A stretch of DNA of 63,759 nt, filler included, from Stramenopiles sp. TOSAG23-3 (Eukaryota): NCBI GenBank assembly GCA_900128585.1. It is 10 parts of 10 records of this genome, joined end to end, with 100 filler letters (N's around TTAATTAATTAA, not from the genome) between each part and the next. Parts side by side here need not be neighbours in the genome. Positions count along the whole stretch, not along the records: positions 38,237 to 47,648 come from LT642920.1; positions 47,749 to 57,160 come from LT642921.1; 8 more parts are not named here. One strand, written 5' to 3'. The position numbers were made by a program, and so were the translations under genes. The notes under the pieces are model-generated. The model saw nothing but the letters and a program-made list of their open reading frames with translations. It did not search any database and was not told the DNA's origin. This document shows, one piece after another, positions 43,873 to 54,316 of the stretch (positions are counted from its first letter, which is position 1; each line of letters begins with the position of its first letter).

Positions 43873-46860
43873 TCAACAAAAAAGGATGAAGGTGGTAAAC
43901 AGAAGCAAGCCACCTGTAAAACCGGCAAGAAAGGTGGAAGTACTGGCAGAAGACGAACCCCCGGATGTAAGTTCGTTATTGTGGTCCTTGTACTCTGGCC
44001 AAGAATCTGGACTGGTCCCGAACGCAACCATGGTCGAGCTTGCGGTTAGCTCAATGTTGAAAATAATTTCATACGTTCCCAACGCCCTGTTGTAATTCGT
44101 TTGCCAAAAGTCATTCCCCCCGACCGCACTGTCTCCTTGGCGAACCAGCGTATAATTTGAAGCGCCGCTTGGCCAAACCCAGAGCCCTGTCCCGCTGGGC
44201 ACCGATGGGCTGATCAGACCGCAGACAACGACCGGAACGAAGCCCAAAGGGTTCCCTACCACTTTGACCCTCATGCGATCTTGGGAAGTAGCGCATGCTC
44301 TGATTGGGTACTTTGATTCAACACGGGTACCGTACTCCCCAGTCACATCGATCTGCCCCTTTGTTGCCTGCTCCTTGACTCGCTCCCAAGAGGTCATGGA
44401 GGCCAAAGCGTTCAATGTTCTGGATTGGATGTTGGACTTTGCAAGGTCATACTCACTTCCCATGCGTGGAAGGACCAAAAATTCCAGATCAATTTCTACA
44501 AAATCGTCTTTGACCAAATTAAGCAAACCTTTGGGGGTTCCAAGCTCAACCTTGTCGCAGAGAATTGAGAACGACGGGCCTGCCTGTTCTGTGCCCCCAA
44601 GCGTTGCCTTGTAGCTTCGTATCACCAAACCACGGTCGCCGACTACCATCTTGTTGCTGTTCGAAATAACGGCAGTGTCTTTGTTGTCGTTAAATGCAAA
44701 CCACCACGGCCCAGCGTTGCCCATAGTTTCCCGAAAGGGTCCACCAGTGTACATCTTCGAGCTGCTCCGGTCTGTTCCTCCCGTGCACGTTCGCGTGTGC
44801 ACGGTGTGGGTAGAGGCTTCCCCCACTACAACCTCCTTGTGGACTGCACGATAGTTGTACGTCTCGCTTCCAGCTTGGAAAAATGCCAAACGCGAAAATT
44901 TAAAGCTCTTCAAAGCTTTGTACCTTAGCTTCATGAATATCCGGACAAAATCATCAGTGCGGGATCCACTAATTTCTACGTGACTGGATAGGGCGCCATC
45001 GTTCGTTACCGATGAATACGATGCATTGGATAGGCAGGGACCGCTCGCGTGAATGAGAGGATCGAGCTCCTTCAAGTATTGCATCGCGCCGGATTCGCCA
45101 AACAAGAGCAAAAAGTCTCCCCCGCCTACATTTTCTTTCCAGTTTCCATCGAACAGCTTCGGTCGTACGTCTGTTATCATAGCCCTAGTGTGCGCCCCAA
45201 TTGGATCGAAGCACATGTTCTCTCCGCCGGTGCCCAATGCCGACTCTTCCCAGAGCCACTTGTCGGAGTAACCGACAATTGAAAGTTGAGCATGGGACCA
45301 TGCAGGAACACCACCGTACCGCTCGTAGTTGAGTGCCAAGGAGAGAGAAACCTTAGAGTTCGGGGGAAGGCGCAAAAACGAGCTTGCCGTCCACCAGTTC
45401 CCATCGTACCCAGCCCAGTAAGCGGCCGTCGCACCTGAATGCCAGTTTTTTGAAATCTGGACTGGGATGCCCGTCGCCTGCTTCGTGGAAGAATCAAAAA
45501 TCTGCACGGAGAATCCCGTGATCTCGGCCGACGGATGGGATTTGGTTACCGATGGATCGCGAGTGTGATACCCACGTGAAAAGGAGAGTCGCAGCGTTTG
45601 CGTTTCTGTTTGGTGGGGGTTTGTAGCCACAATATCAAAGAGCATCAAGGGTACAGTCGCGCAGTCCATATTGTACCCGCACTTTTTCGTGGACGTTGGA
45701 ATTTCCACAAACACGTCCTCCATGTGTTTCCTGGATAACACTTGAGTCCCTGAGTTTGGGCTCGTTACTGTGATTGGGTTCGCGACGGAAGCCGACGGGT
45801 CCCCCACAAATGATGCGCCACCTTTGCCCACCTTTACTAGCAAACCAACGCGGCCACCCAAAGATGCGGTAGCCGACGCCGAGCGTGTGACAGCCGCGCC
45901 ACCATTGAGCGTCAGGGATGCAGAGACAGTGGCCGTGCAGGTCACCTGCTGCGAAATTTGCTGGCTTGTCCTGAAAGTTGCCACATCGTAGGCACTGTCC
46001 CATGCCAGCTCAATGGAGACAGAGTCTCCCCACACGGACACTTCCGCCCATAAGTTTGGCAGCGGCGTGCAAGAAGTGTAACATTTTCCCCAGTTCTGGC
46101 CTTCGACAAAACCTTGACAATCAGGGTAGCCGGACGGGCACGCATGGGCTGAGACGCCAGGCTTGCAGTTGTTGTTCCCCGGGTCCTTTGTTTTTGTAAA
46201 CGTGCCACAGGGGCCAACGATAGCCCCCGTCCCACTGTCGTGAAATGTCAGCGCACTCAGCGTGACTTGCGTGACTGTATGGCCTTGGCGCACAAGCCCT
46301 GCCTGGACGAACTTGGGCGCGGTCGTTCCCAGCACATACGTTTTGGTCGTTCCATCGGAACACGTCATCTTGAAGTTAAAGCTGCTGTCAGACGACGGGA
46401 GCGAATCGTATATTTTTCGTGCAGAACCGCCGCTTGTGCTTCCCATTTTCGGGAAGAGTTCTCGGTCTGCGATCTCCAAAGTTGGATCCAACCCTCTCGC
46501 ATCCACGACGACACCCAAACGGCCCGACGCCAGCAGCAAATGCGCGTTCTTGTCCAGAGCATCGCTGGAGCGCTCGCAGTAACTATTTCCGGCTGCGTTG
46601 TAACCGGTAAACTTGTCATCCTTCGTCGTGCACTGAGTGTCCGTCTTTAAACTTCCCGTTCCAAACTTGGGAAGCTTGCGCCCAACAAATTTTCCGGAGT
46701 GCGACGGGCCATTTATCCACACTGTGCGGACAGTGTCACGCACCGTGGGCTGCACTTCAGTGATGCTGACAGAACGCTGCGCAGACGCCCCCCCGGCCAG
46801 GGCCAAGAAAAAAAGCAAATGAAGCACGGTGGGGATGAGGTAATGCGGATACCGAACCAT
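43873..46860 (-). CDS. Large secreted, probably GPI- or tail-anchored surface protein of unknown function
   Basis: Signal peptide MVRYPHYLIPTVLHLLFFLALAGGASA; long beta-rich globular region; Ser/Gly spacer and hydrophobic C-terminus with no cytoplasmic tail. Confidence 0.8.
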   Translation of the reverse strand: MVRYPHYLIPTVLHLLFFLALAGGASAQRSVSITEVQPTVRDTVRTVWINGPSHSGKFVGRKLPKFGTGSLKTDTQCTTKDDKFTGYNAAGNSYCERSSDALDKNAHLLLASGRLGVVVDARGLDPTLEIADRELFPKMGSTSGGSARKIYDSLPSSDSSFNFKMTCSDGTTKTYVLGTTAPKFVQAGLVRQGHTVTQVTLSALTFHDSGTGAIVGPCGTFTKTKDPGNNNCKPGVSAHACPSGYPDCQGFVEGQNWGKCYTSCTPLPNLWAEVSVWGDSVSIELAWDSAYDVATFRTSQQISQQVTCTATVSASLTLNGGAAVTRSASATASLGGRVGLLVKVGKGGASFVGDPSASVANPITVTSPNSGTQVLSRKHMEDVFVEIPTSTKKCGYNMDCATVPLMLFDIVATNPHQTETQTLRLSFSRGYHTRDPSVTKSHPSAEITGFSVQIFDSSTKQATGIPVQISKNWHSGATAAYWAGYDGNWWTASSFLRLPPNSKVSLSLALNYERYGGVPAWSHAQLSIVGYSDKWLWEESALGTGGENMCFDPIGAHTRAMITDVRPKLFDGNWKENVGGGDFLLLFGESGAMQYLKELDPLIHASGPCLSNASYSSVTNDGALSSHVEISGSRTDDFVRIFMKLRYKALKSFKFSRLAFFQAGSETYNYRAVHKEVVVGEASTHTVHTRTCTGGTDRSSSKMYTGGPFRETMGNAGPWWFAFNDNKDTAVISNSNKMVVGDRGLVIRSYKATLGGTEQAGPSFSILCDKVELGTPKGLLNLVKDDFVEIDLEFLVLPRMGSEYDLAKSNIQSRTLNALASMTSWERVKEQATKGQIDVTGEYGTRVESKYPIRACATSQDRMRVKVVGNPLGFVPVVVCGLISPSVPSGTGLWVWPSGASNYTLVRQGDSAVGGNDFWQTNYNRALGTYEIIFNIELTASSTMVAFGTSPDSWPEYKDHNNELTSGGSSSASTSTFLAGFTGGLLLFTTFILFC

Positions 46861-47524
46861 CCCTTTTCGCACACGGTTGGTGTAGGTGACTGCGCAGAAA
46901 GGGTTGAAAACGAAAGGAGGGAAAAGAAAGCGTAGAACAAATAAATTGTTAACTTGTAGGAATAGATATATAACAGTATTATATATCTTTGTCTTTGCAC
47001 GACGATCAACAAAGTATTAATATGTGCGGCGGAACGAAAGGGAAAAGGGATAATAAAATGGATCGATCGTCCGCCGCTGTCGTTTTTTTTTAATAAAAAA
47101 ATAGATGATAAAAAAATTGTTTTTTTACGATCGACGACGACATATTATTAATACAATTCTCTTCTTCTTTTTTCTTTAATAAGGACACAGTATAAGAAAT
47201 AAAAAATAAAAGAAGAAGAAGAAGAAAGAATGCAAATATAATATTATTATTATTTTTATTATTATTTTGTCTTCTTTTTTTTTTCTTTTTTTTTTTCATG
47301 TTGTTCTGTTTAGTTGTTGTCCTGTTCGTAGTTGAGGAGTTGTGTTGTTCTTTTTTGAAAATAATAAAATATTACTTTAATGCTGTGTATATATAATATA
47401 ATACTGAATTTCAATTAAATTCCGAAATAATAAAAAAAACTTCTTCTTTTTTTTATTTAACACAAAATATTAGCATTGAAATAGCATTGATAAAAATGGC
47501 CAACAACATGAAGAAACGATTGTG

Positions 47525-47579
47525 AGAAGAAGAAGAAGAAGAAGAAGAAGAAGAAGAAGAAGAAGAAGAAAAGAGTCGA

Positions 47580-47615
<36 letters not shown>

Positions 47616-47648
47616 GTCGAAAGAAAGAAAGAAAGAAAGAGTCGAAAG
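47525..47648 (+). repeat. (GAA)n/(GAAA)n tract at contig end
   Basis: Read directly from the sequence. Confidence 0.9.
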
Positions 47649-47748
47649 NNNNNNNNNNNNNNNNNNNNNNNNNNNNNNNNNNNNNNNNNNNNTTAATTAA
47701 TTAANNNNNNNNNNNNNNNNNNNNNNNNNNNNNNNNNNNNNNNNNNNN

Positions 47749-48180
47749 ATATTTAATTATTTCTTTTCGGTTTTTTTCCCTCCGTTCGTTGAGTATGACA
47801 AGGTGGCGCTTGGTTGTGAGGCGCATACGCAGAGACAAAAGCGAGAAAGCTAATGCAAAGAATGAAACCCCGACACAGACTAGACTGAGTACCAAGGTGG
47901 AAATGCTAGCATCTACGAGCGCGTAACCGCTGCCAACATAAATAGAAATACTTGAAAATACAATTCCGAAACTCGAGCGAATCAAGAAAGTGCCGCAAGG
48001 CCCGTATGACTTCACGCAACAAATGTTACTGAGTGCAAAATAGTCTTTTGCACTGGTCAGTAAGACGCCCAAGGAGATGAAAGTGCTGATTGACACTAAA
48101 ATCATCACTCCGTCGCGCAGGACTTTTTGCTCACTCGCGGCGTACGCGATGTAACGTGCATCAGTCGTGTCGGTTGCCAT
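47749..48180 (-). CDS. Multi-pass membrane protein, 3' truncated
   Basis: Three hydrophobic helices; the ORF runs into the linker. Confidence 0.55.
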
Positions 48181-48883
48181 CACGAGTTAAAATCTACAAA
48201 ATGCTCCCTTGGCATACACAATTATATTCAACACCGAATCGTTGGTGCGCTACATCAAAGCGTACGCCCTAATCGCACTCTTTGTACGTTACACCCGGCA
48301 GACGAACTTGTTTTCGCCCGGCCCCGAATTTTTGTAAGTTATAAAGAACAACAAATTCTCGCCCGTGCATACAAATGAAACAATGTTTTTGGAAAGCGTG
48401 TGTGTTTTTCTTGAATTTCTAGATTGCGGATTGGAAAGTGTAAAGAAGCATGAAGATTCATTGACCTGATGAGGCAAGTGACACATCATGTGCATGCATC
48501 GTATAGTTAAGTAGCTCGTTCGTCGTCGTTTATATTATTTTTATTAAATAAATTTTTTCAAATAATAAAAATATAATTCACTCATCTCATCATCATCTGA
48601 AGAAGAAGATGATGTAAGGAAGGAGAGGAAAAAAGGAGGAGTTAATAAATAGCACTGCCGTCGGTATACTTTACTTACTCGCACTTTTATCAATGAAAAA
48701 TACAAGGGAATACCTTTGAAAGGGACCAGGGAACGGTGCCATCAATGGCGGGGGAGTAAATTTATTATATTATAGGTTTACGAGAGACGAACTTCGTTCT
48801 CACAAGCCAACAACTATTGATCTCTTTAATGTAGACAGCTTCGAGAAAAATGCTTTTGTAAAAGATAACATAGTTAGATTAAT

Positions 48884-49222
48884 TTACTTTTGGGATCCAC
48901 GAAGAAGGGCAGATTCCTTGTGGGCGCAGCAACTGCAAACAGTTTGGGCACAGCAGCCACACTTTGGCGCTTCAACAACGACTGGGGCAACGGTCTTTTC
49001 TTGGCACGGGCATGGCTTTGGCTTCTCGTTTGGGATTTCTTTGACGATGGTCGCTTTCTTCATTTCTTGGGCACATCCGCATGGCTTTTCCGTCGATGCG
49101 ATCGTTTCATTTGTCATGATAACACTAACCATTTTGGGGCAGCCCGTTTCACCTGGGCACTTCAGCCCGTTGGCAGTGACGGCGGCCAACGCAACCAAGG
49201 CAATAAGAAAGTAAGACTTCAT
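48884..49222 (-). CDS. Small secreted Cys-cluster protein
   Basis: Signal peptide MKSYFLIALVALAAVTANG; CxC and CC clusters (KPCGCA, KPCPCQ, KCGCCA, CSCCA); ends LLRGSQK. Confidence 0.75.
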   Translation of the reverse strand: MKSYFLIALVALAAVTANGLKCPGETGCPKMVSVIMTNETIASTEKPCGCAQEMKKATIVKEIPNEKPKPCPCQEKTVAPVVVEAPKCGCCAQTVCSCCAHKESALLRGSQK

Positions 49223-49439
49223 GTTTGATAAAGAAGGTTCAACTATAACTATATTCACGCGTGTATGTATGTGTGTGTTTTTTTTTGTAAAGATATATAT
49301 ATTATGGGATTTACTCGTTGAAACTTGTTGAAACTTCTTTGTTCCTCCTCTGTTAGTCTGTTCGTTCCATCTGTAACAATTAATAGAACCTCGTCTTTCT
49401 TTCGTTCTTCTTTCTTTTATAAATAAATATTATACTATT

Positions 49440-49712
49440 TAACAAAGAGAAGAAGAGAAATATAAAGAAGAGAAGAAGAAGAAGAAGAAGAAGAAGAGAA
49501 GAAGAAAGAAAGAACAGAAAAAAAGAAGAGAAGAATAAAAAAAAAGAAGTTCTATTCTATTACTATTTCTTCTTTCTTTCTTTCTTTCTTTCTTTTACTT
49601 TCTTTCTTTCTTTTACTTTCTTTCTTTTACGTTCTTTTACTTTCTTTCTTTTACTTTCTTTCTTCCTTTCTTTCTTTTACTTTCTTTCTTTTACTTTCTT
49701 TCTTTCTTACTC
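49440..49712. repeat. Polypurine (GAA) tract followed by polypyrimidine (CTTT/CTTTTA) tract
   Basis: Read directly from the sequence. Confidence 0.85.
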
Positions 49713-50279
49713 ATAGCTTCATATGTACATAACAATAGCAATGCCAAACTAATATGGGAATAACATAAAAGAATGAATATATTCTCCCTCCCTCTCTTTT
49801 AATTAATTCTTCGACTTCTCTTTTTCCTTCTTTCTCCTTCTTTCTACTTTCTTTCTTTCCTTTTAATTTATAATTAAGTAGTGTATTAGAATACTACTGT
49901 TATTCCTATGTTTTAAACCGACAAGATGGACCCTATTATATAACTCTATCTTTAGAGAAGAGAGAAGAGAAGAGAGAAGAGAAGAATAGAGAATGAAGAA
50001 TTTAAGAAAAGAAAAAAAGGAAAAAATAACAACCCTATTATTATTAACTTGTTGTTGTTTTATTATTATTATATTATAAAATAAAATATTATTATTTTGA
50101 ATTTCATTTCTTTCTTTTTCTTCTAAATGAAAGATATTGTTAATATATATGTATAGGCAGAAGTAAGTTCGATTGTTGATGGAATGAAAAAAGGAATTTG
50201 AAATTGTTTCAGGACTATATTTAGCAGTAGTGATAGGATTTTAGTTTTTTGTGTTTTTACAGATTAGGAATGAAATAAA

Positions 50280-51314
50280 ATGGCGTCAAAAATAGGACTC
50301 GAAGTTGGCGATACCGTTTCCGTCGCTTCTGCAGATGGGAAAACCCAAAAACGTGCGGTGGTCTCCTGGTTGGATGAGGGGACGGCGGACGTGGTGTATG
50401 AAAAAATAAGCTATGCTCCAATCATATCCTCTGCGAGCTTCGTCGCGGAAGAGGAATCCAAAGTAACTTTTGACCGCATAGTTGGGCAGGCGCCCGTTGA
50501 GGTCGACGAGAGCAAATTCAACCACGACGCCGAAAAACACAAAGCGATAGGCGGCGTACACTTTCGAAACAAGAACTTCGTGGCTGCGTACAACGAGTAC
50601 TTGAAGGCGCTGGGCCTTCTGCAGAGCGGGCCCGTGAGGGCACTGGCTGCAAGATCTGGTTCGGTGGAGGCGAAAACCAAGGTCATAAACTCGATCGTAG
50701 GTGCCAGTGTGTTAGTACAAGTGAAGCGTTCAGGGCCATCGTGCAAGTTCACTTCGGCAACTGTTGCAACCGTTGGCGATAAGACAGCAGACGTGATGTT
50801 CGAGGATGGAGACGCGGAAGAAGACGGGGTTGCTATTGAGCGACTCGTGTTGGTCTCAAGCGACAAGAGCATTGGGCAGCTGCAGTGCAACCTGTACCTG
50901 AACCTTGCGCGGTGCTGCGCCAAATTCAAAGACAATGCAAGTGCGGCATGGTTCGCAACGATTGCCATCTCCCTTGGAAACTATTTCGTAGCCTTGAAGA
51001 AAGCGACCAAGCAGTCGAGCGGTGGCGTGGAAAGCAAAACAGACCTTTCCGCGATGACGATATCACGAGAGACGTGGGTCAAAGCCTTTTACATTCGTGC
51101 AAAGTCCCATTTAACCATGCGCCATTTTAAACAGGCGCGAACGGACGGGAACAAAATACTAAAGTTGGATCCAGACAACAGGGATGCACAAAAGCTGCTG
51201 GACTCGATCAAACCATTGGAAGAGCGGCAGTTCAAAAAGGATAAGAAATTAGTGAAGGAAGTGTGCAAAATGGTCGATGAAGCGATGAGTAAGTCTCCGA
51301 GTAAGAAAAAATGA
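50280..51314 (+). CDS. TPR co-chaperone-like protein with two Tudor/SH3-like repeats; candidate readthrough extension to 51494
   Basis: AEKHKAIGGVHFRNKNFVAAYNEYLKAL, LYLNLARC, KAFYIRAKSHL...ILKLDPDNRDA; duplicated VG..V.V...A.V....TADV.(Y/F)E...EE..V...R(I/L) unit. Confidence 0.85.
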   Translation: MASKIGLEVGDTVSVASADGKTQKRAVVSWLDEGTADVVYEKISYAPIISSASFVAEEESKVTFDRIVGQAPVEVDESKFNHDAEKHKAIGGVHFRNKNFVAAYNEYLKALGLLQSGPVRALAARSGSVEAKTKVINSIVGASVLVQVKRSGPSCKFTSATVATVGDKTADVMFEDGDAEEDGVAIERLVLVSSDKSIGQLQCNLYLNLARCCAKFKDNASAAWFATIAISLGNYFVALKKATKQSSGGVESKTDLSAMTISRETWVKAFYIRAKSHLTMRHFKQARTDGNKILKLDPDNRDAQKLLDSIKPLEERQFKKDKKLVKEVCKMVDEAMSKSPSKKK

Positions 51315-52159
51315 CATGAATCGCCTGAGAGTAGCGTGCGAAGTAGACATACTTCTCAGGCGGCAAAAATTGAAATTGAGGGAACGTCCATGGCGGGTGC
51401 TGGGCAAAGGAACCCGACCTTCTTTTCGTTTTCATTCACTGTTGCGGTTCTGGCCACCGTTTATTATTGGTGGTTTTGGTTGTCGCAAGAATGATAAATT
51501 ATGATCTATGTATTTACATAACTCTATATAATTTGTTTTTTGTATTTACTAAACCTGAAGTTGAAGGAAAAGAAATAAATGTTTCTTTGACGTGCCGGGC
51601 TAATAATAAATCATCAATCAAATTATAAAACTCATTTTTTTGAAATTTACTTTTTGTCCATGTTAGTATTACTGGTAATATATAAATTTGTACAGAAGAA
51701 GAAGAAGGCACGTGCTCCTCCCCTTGTATTTGTATGTTGTTGTTGTTGAAAAAGAAAAAAAGAAACATGTGATGCTCATGGTATGCGCCTGCAAAAAGTT
51801 TGAATTCTTCTTCTTCTTCATTTTCAGGAAGAAAAAAAAAGAAAGAAAGAAGAAGAACAACAACAACAACAACGAGAGAGAGAGAGAAAAAAGATAATAA
51901 TAATAATAATATAGATAGAAGAAGAAAAAGAATCCATTCTTCCTTCAAGGAAAGGAATGGGTTTGATAACCACCCATTTAGATACATAAACGATTTTCAT
52001 GTTTGATAAGCACCCTTTTAGATAAATAAACGATTTTTTTGTTTAAAGATTATGGTATTCGTTTACGTGAGGGTGCATTTCTTTAGAGAACCTTTGTGCA
52101 TGTACGAAAATAATTAGTTGAAGTTTTAATCGACCGACTACGGCGTCTTCAACCTTTTT

Positions 52160-54316
52160 ATGGCACCAGGTTATGACTTGGTTATTGTAGGGGCAGGTGT
52201 TTCTGGGCTGGCCGCTCTTCAATACTTGAAATCCCACATGCTCCTGCCGTTGAAAATCCTTGTTCTTGAAGCCAGGGCGTATGTTGGTGGAAGAGTGAAG
52301 ACCGCACACATCCACAGCCCAGCGGCCGGAGCAACGTACCATGTAGATTTAGGGGCGACGTGGCTGCATGGGGTTGACGGTCATCCGCTGCTAGTGCACA
52401 ACATTGTTGACGAAAAAGATACGCAGGCTGTTTCGCGTCAAAATTTTTGGACCTCGCGTAAGGTCGGAGGGGAAGACGGGAATATAAAATTGTTTACCGT
52501 GGATGGGAGTGAAGTTGTTAGCGGGAATGTGGACAGTCTGATTCACACTGCAATGGATAGGATCAACGCCGCCGCTGAGGATGCCGAGGACGCCCCTGCA
52601 ATTTCCTCTGTTGTTGACGCAGTCCTGAAGGACATGGATCTAGACCAACGGCAAGCATCTATTGTACGCTGGGTTCTAGATTGTCACGGGTTGTGGTTGG
52701 GAGTGTCCCTGGGTACTGTCTCGTGCGAGGATTGGGTAAGCATGGCGAAACCAAATGAATGGGGGGATTACCCTGGGGCGCACAGTATTGTTACTAACAG
52801 TGGGCTAGGTGACCAGATTGTTGCAAAACTGTTAACCGATTCGGACGATGTGCGCTTATCCCATCGCGTAGAATGTATGAAGCAGCGAGGTGAATTGTGT
52901 GAAGTGGAGTACACTGTGGTTGGCGAGGGGGCGATTGGAGGCAACCGTGTGAAAATTGCAAAGTCAAGGTATGTCATTTCAACGATTCCTATAGGAACAC
53001 TAAAAGCGTGCGCAAAAGGCCGCCTGTTTCTCCCCCCCCTTGCTCCTGATAAATTGAAGGCCTTAGGCCGCGTCGAAATGACCCACTATTTAAAGGTTGT
53101 TATGGTGCTGGACCAGAATGAAATGGTGCTCTTGGCGGATCTCCAACGTGTAGGATGGTTCGGGCTAGCATGTGGTAAAGCGGAGAAAGAAGGCAGCCCG
53201 TTTCGAGTCTTTTTCAACTATTTTAAGTATACCAAGCAACCCGTACTTGTCGGCTTTGCTTATGGTGCTGAAGCTCGCGAGCTGGAGCTGAACTGTGCTG
53301 ATGCGGACATCTTTGCGCTTGCAGCAAAGTCCTTGTCTCTTGTTTTTAAAAGGGACTTCGAGTCTTGTGTGGAGACGTATGAAATTACGAAATGGGCAAA
53401 CGATCCCTATTCAATGGGGGCATATCCGCTAGGAGATCCCGAAGACTTCAAGGTGTTAAAGAGACCGCACGGGCGGGTCTATTTTGCGGGAGATGGGATG
53501 ACCGATGCCGCTGACGAAGGAAGTGTTGCGGCAGCATACAACACCGGGGTTGAAGTGGCAAAAGATTTGCTAAGGTTGTTGGATTATTCCAGAGCAAGTT
53601 CGATGATGAAGAGGGGAAAGCATGTCCACGCAAGACTAACAACTGGGGGGGGTGAAGAAAAGCGAAAGCATGCTCATTTTGCAAAGCAGTTGAAACAGCT
53701 GGACATCCGCACGGTCTGTTTTGACATGGATCAATGCGCAGTCCGGCAACACTCGTATGGCCGATTGGAACGGGGTGATATGCTACTAAAATTTGTTGAA
53801 AATGCGACTGAAGATTTTATTGCTATCGTCCCAAAATTGATAGCGTGCGGCGTTAATGTAGCAATTACTACGCACTCCGATGCCCAAGAGTACATTGCAA
53901 ACAACAAGCCTTCGACCAAGTACATAATTGGGACGGACCTGGTCCAAGCAGTTTTGAACCATCACTTTGCCCCCGAGCTAGTTGCAAAGATATTCATATA
54001 TGCTTGGAAAGCAAGGCTTCACAATGATCACCGAACGGAGAATCAGCACAAGAAGAAGCACGTGCGCCTCGCATCTGCCCACTTTAATCACTTACCTAGG
54101 CATTCGATCCTTTTCGACGATTTGGTGAGAAATGTTGACGAGCGTGGAGACGAAGGGTGGATGGCATGGCGTGTGAACCCTTTGAGGGGGTTCTGCATTG
54201 ACACCATTGACTGGAAGGAAGTGCGCGCGTCTTCAAACATAACACTGGGGGGGCGGGAGAATCTACGGTACGATGAAATGAACTTACGATTGGTGATGCC
54301 ATACACTGTCCGATAA
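52160..54316 (+). CDS. Flavin-containing amine oxidase (polyamine oxidase-like) fused to a C-terminal HAD-like domain
   Basis: IVGAGVSGLAA, LEARAYVGGRVKT, DLGATWLHG, WANDPYSMGAY, VYFAGD; then VCFDMDQC, ITTHSD, ILFDDLVRNV. Confidence 0.85.
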   Translation: MAPGYDLVIVGAGVSGLAALQYLKSHMLLPLKILVLEARAYVGGRVKTAHIHSPAAGATYHVDLGATWLHGVDGHPLLVHNIVDEKDTQAVSRQNFWTSRKVGGEDGNIKLFTVDGSEVVSGNVDSLIHTAMDRINAAAEDAEDAPAISSVVDAVLKDMDLDQRQASIVRWVLDCHGLWLGVSLGTVSCEDWVSMAKPNEWGDYPGAHSIVTNSGLGDQIVAKLLTDSDDVRLSHRVECMKQRGELCEVEYTVVGEGAIGGNRVKIAKSRYVISTIPIGTLKACAKGRLFLPPLAPDKLKALGRVEMTHYLKVVMVLDQNEMVLLADLQRVGWFGLACGKAEKEGSPFRVFFNYFKYTKQPVLVGFAYGAEARELELNCADADIFALAAKSLSLVFKRDFESCVETYEITKWANDPYSMGAYPLGDPEDFKVLKRPHGRVYFAGDGMTDAADEGSVAAAYNTGVEVAKDLLRLLDYSRASSMMKRGKHVHARLTTGGGEEKRKHAHFAKQLKQLDIRTVCFDMDQCAVRQHSYGRLERGDMLLKFVENATEDFIAIVPKLIACGVNVAITTHSDAQEYIANNKPSTKYIIGTDLVQAVLNHHFAPELVAKIFIYAWKARLHNDHRTENQHKKKHVRLASAHFNHLPRHSILFDDLVRNVDERGDEGWMAWRVNPLRGFCIDTIDWKEVRASSNITLGGRENLRYDEMNLRLVMPYTVR

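Noticed and set aside
23387-52006. Poly-K/E/R and poly-F/L/S ORFs (23387, 32455-32719, 40268, 47090, 47522, 51514-52006)
   Set aside because: They are translations of GAA/GAAA microsatellites.
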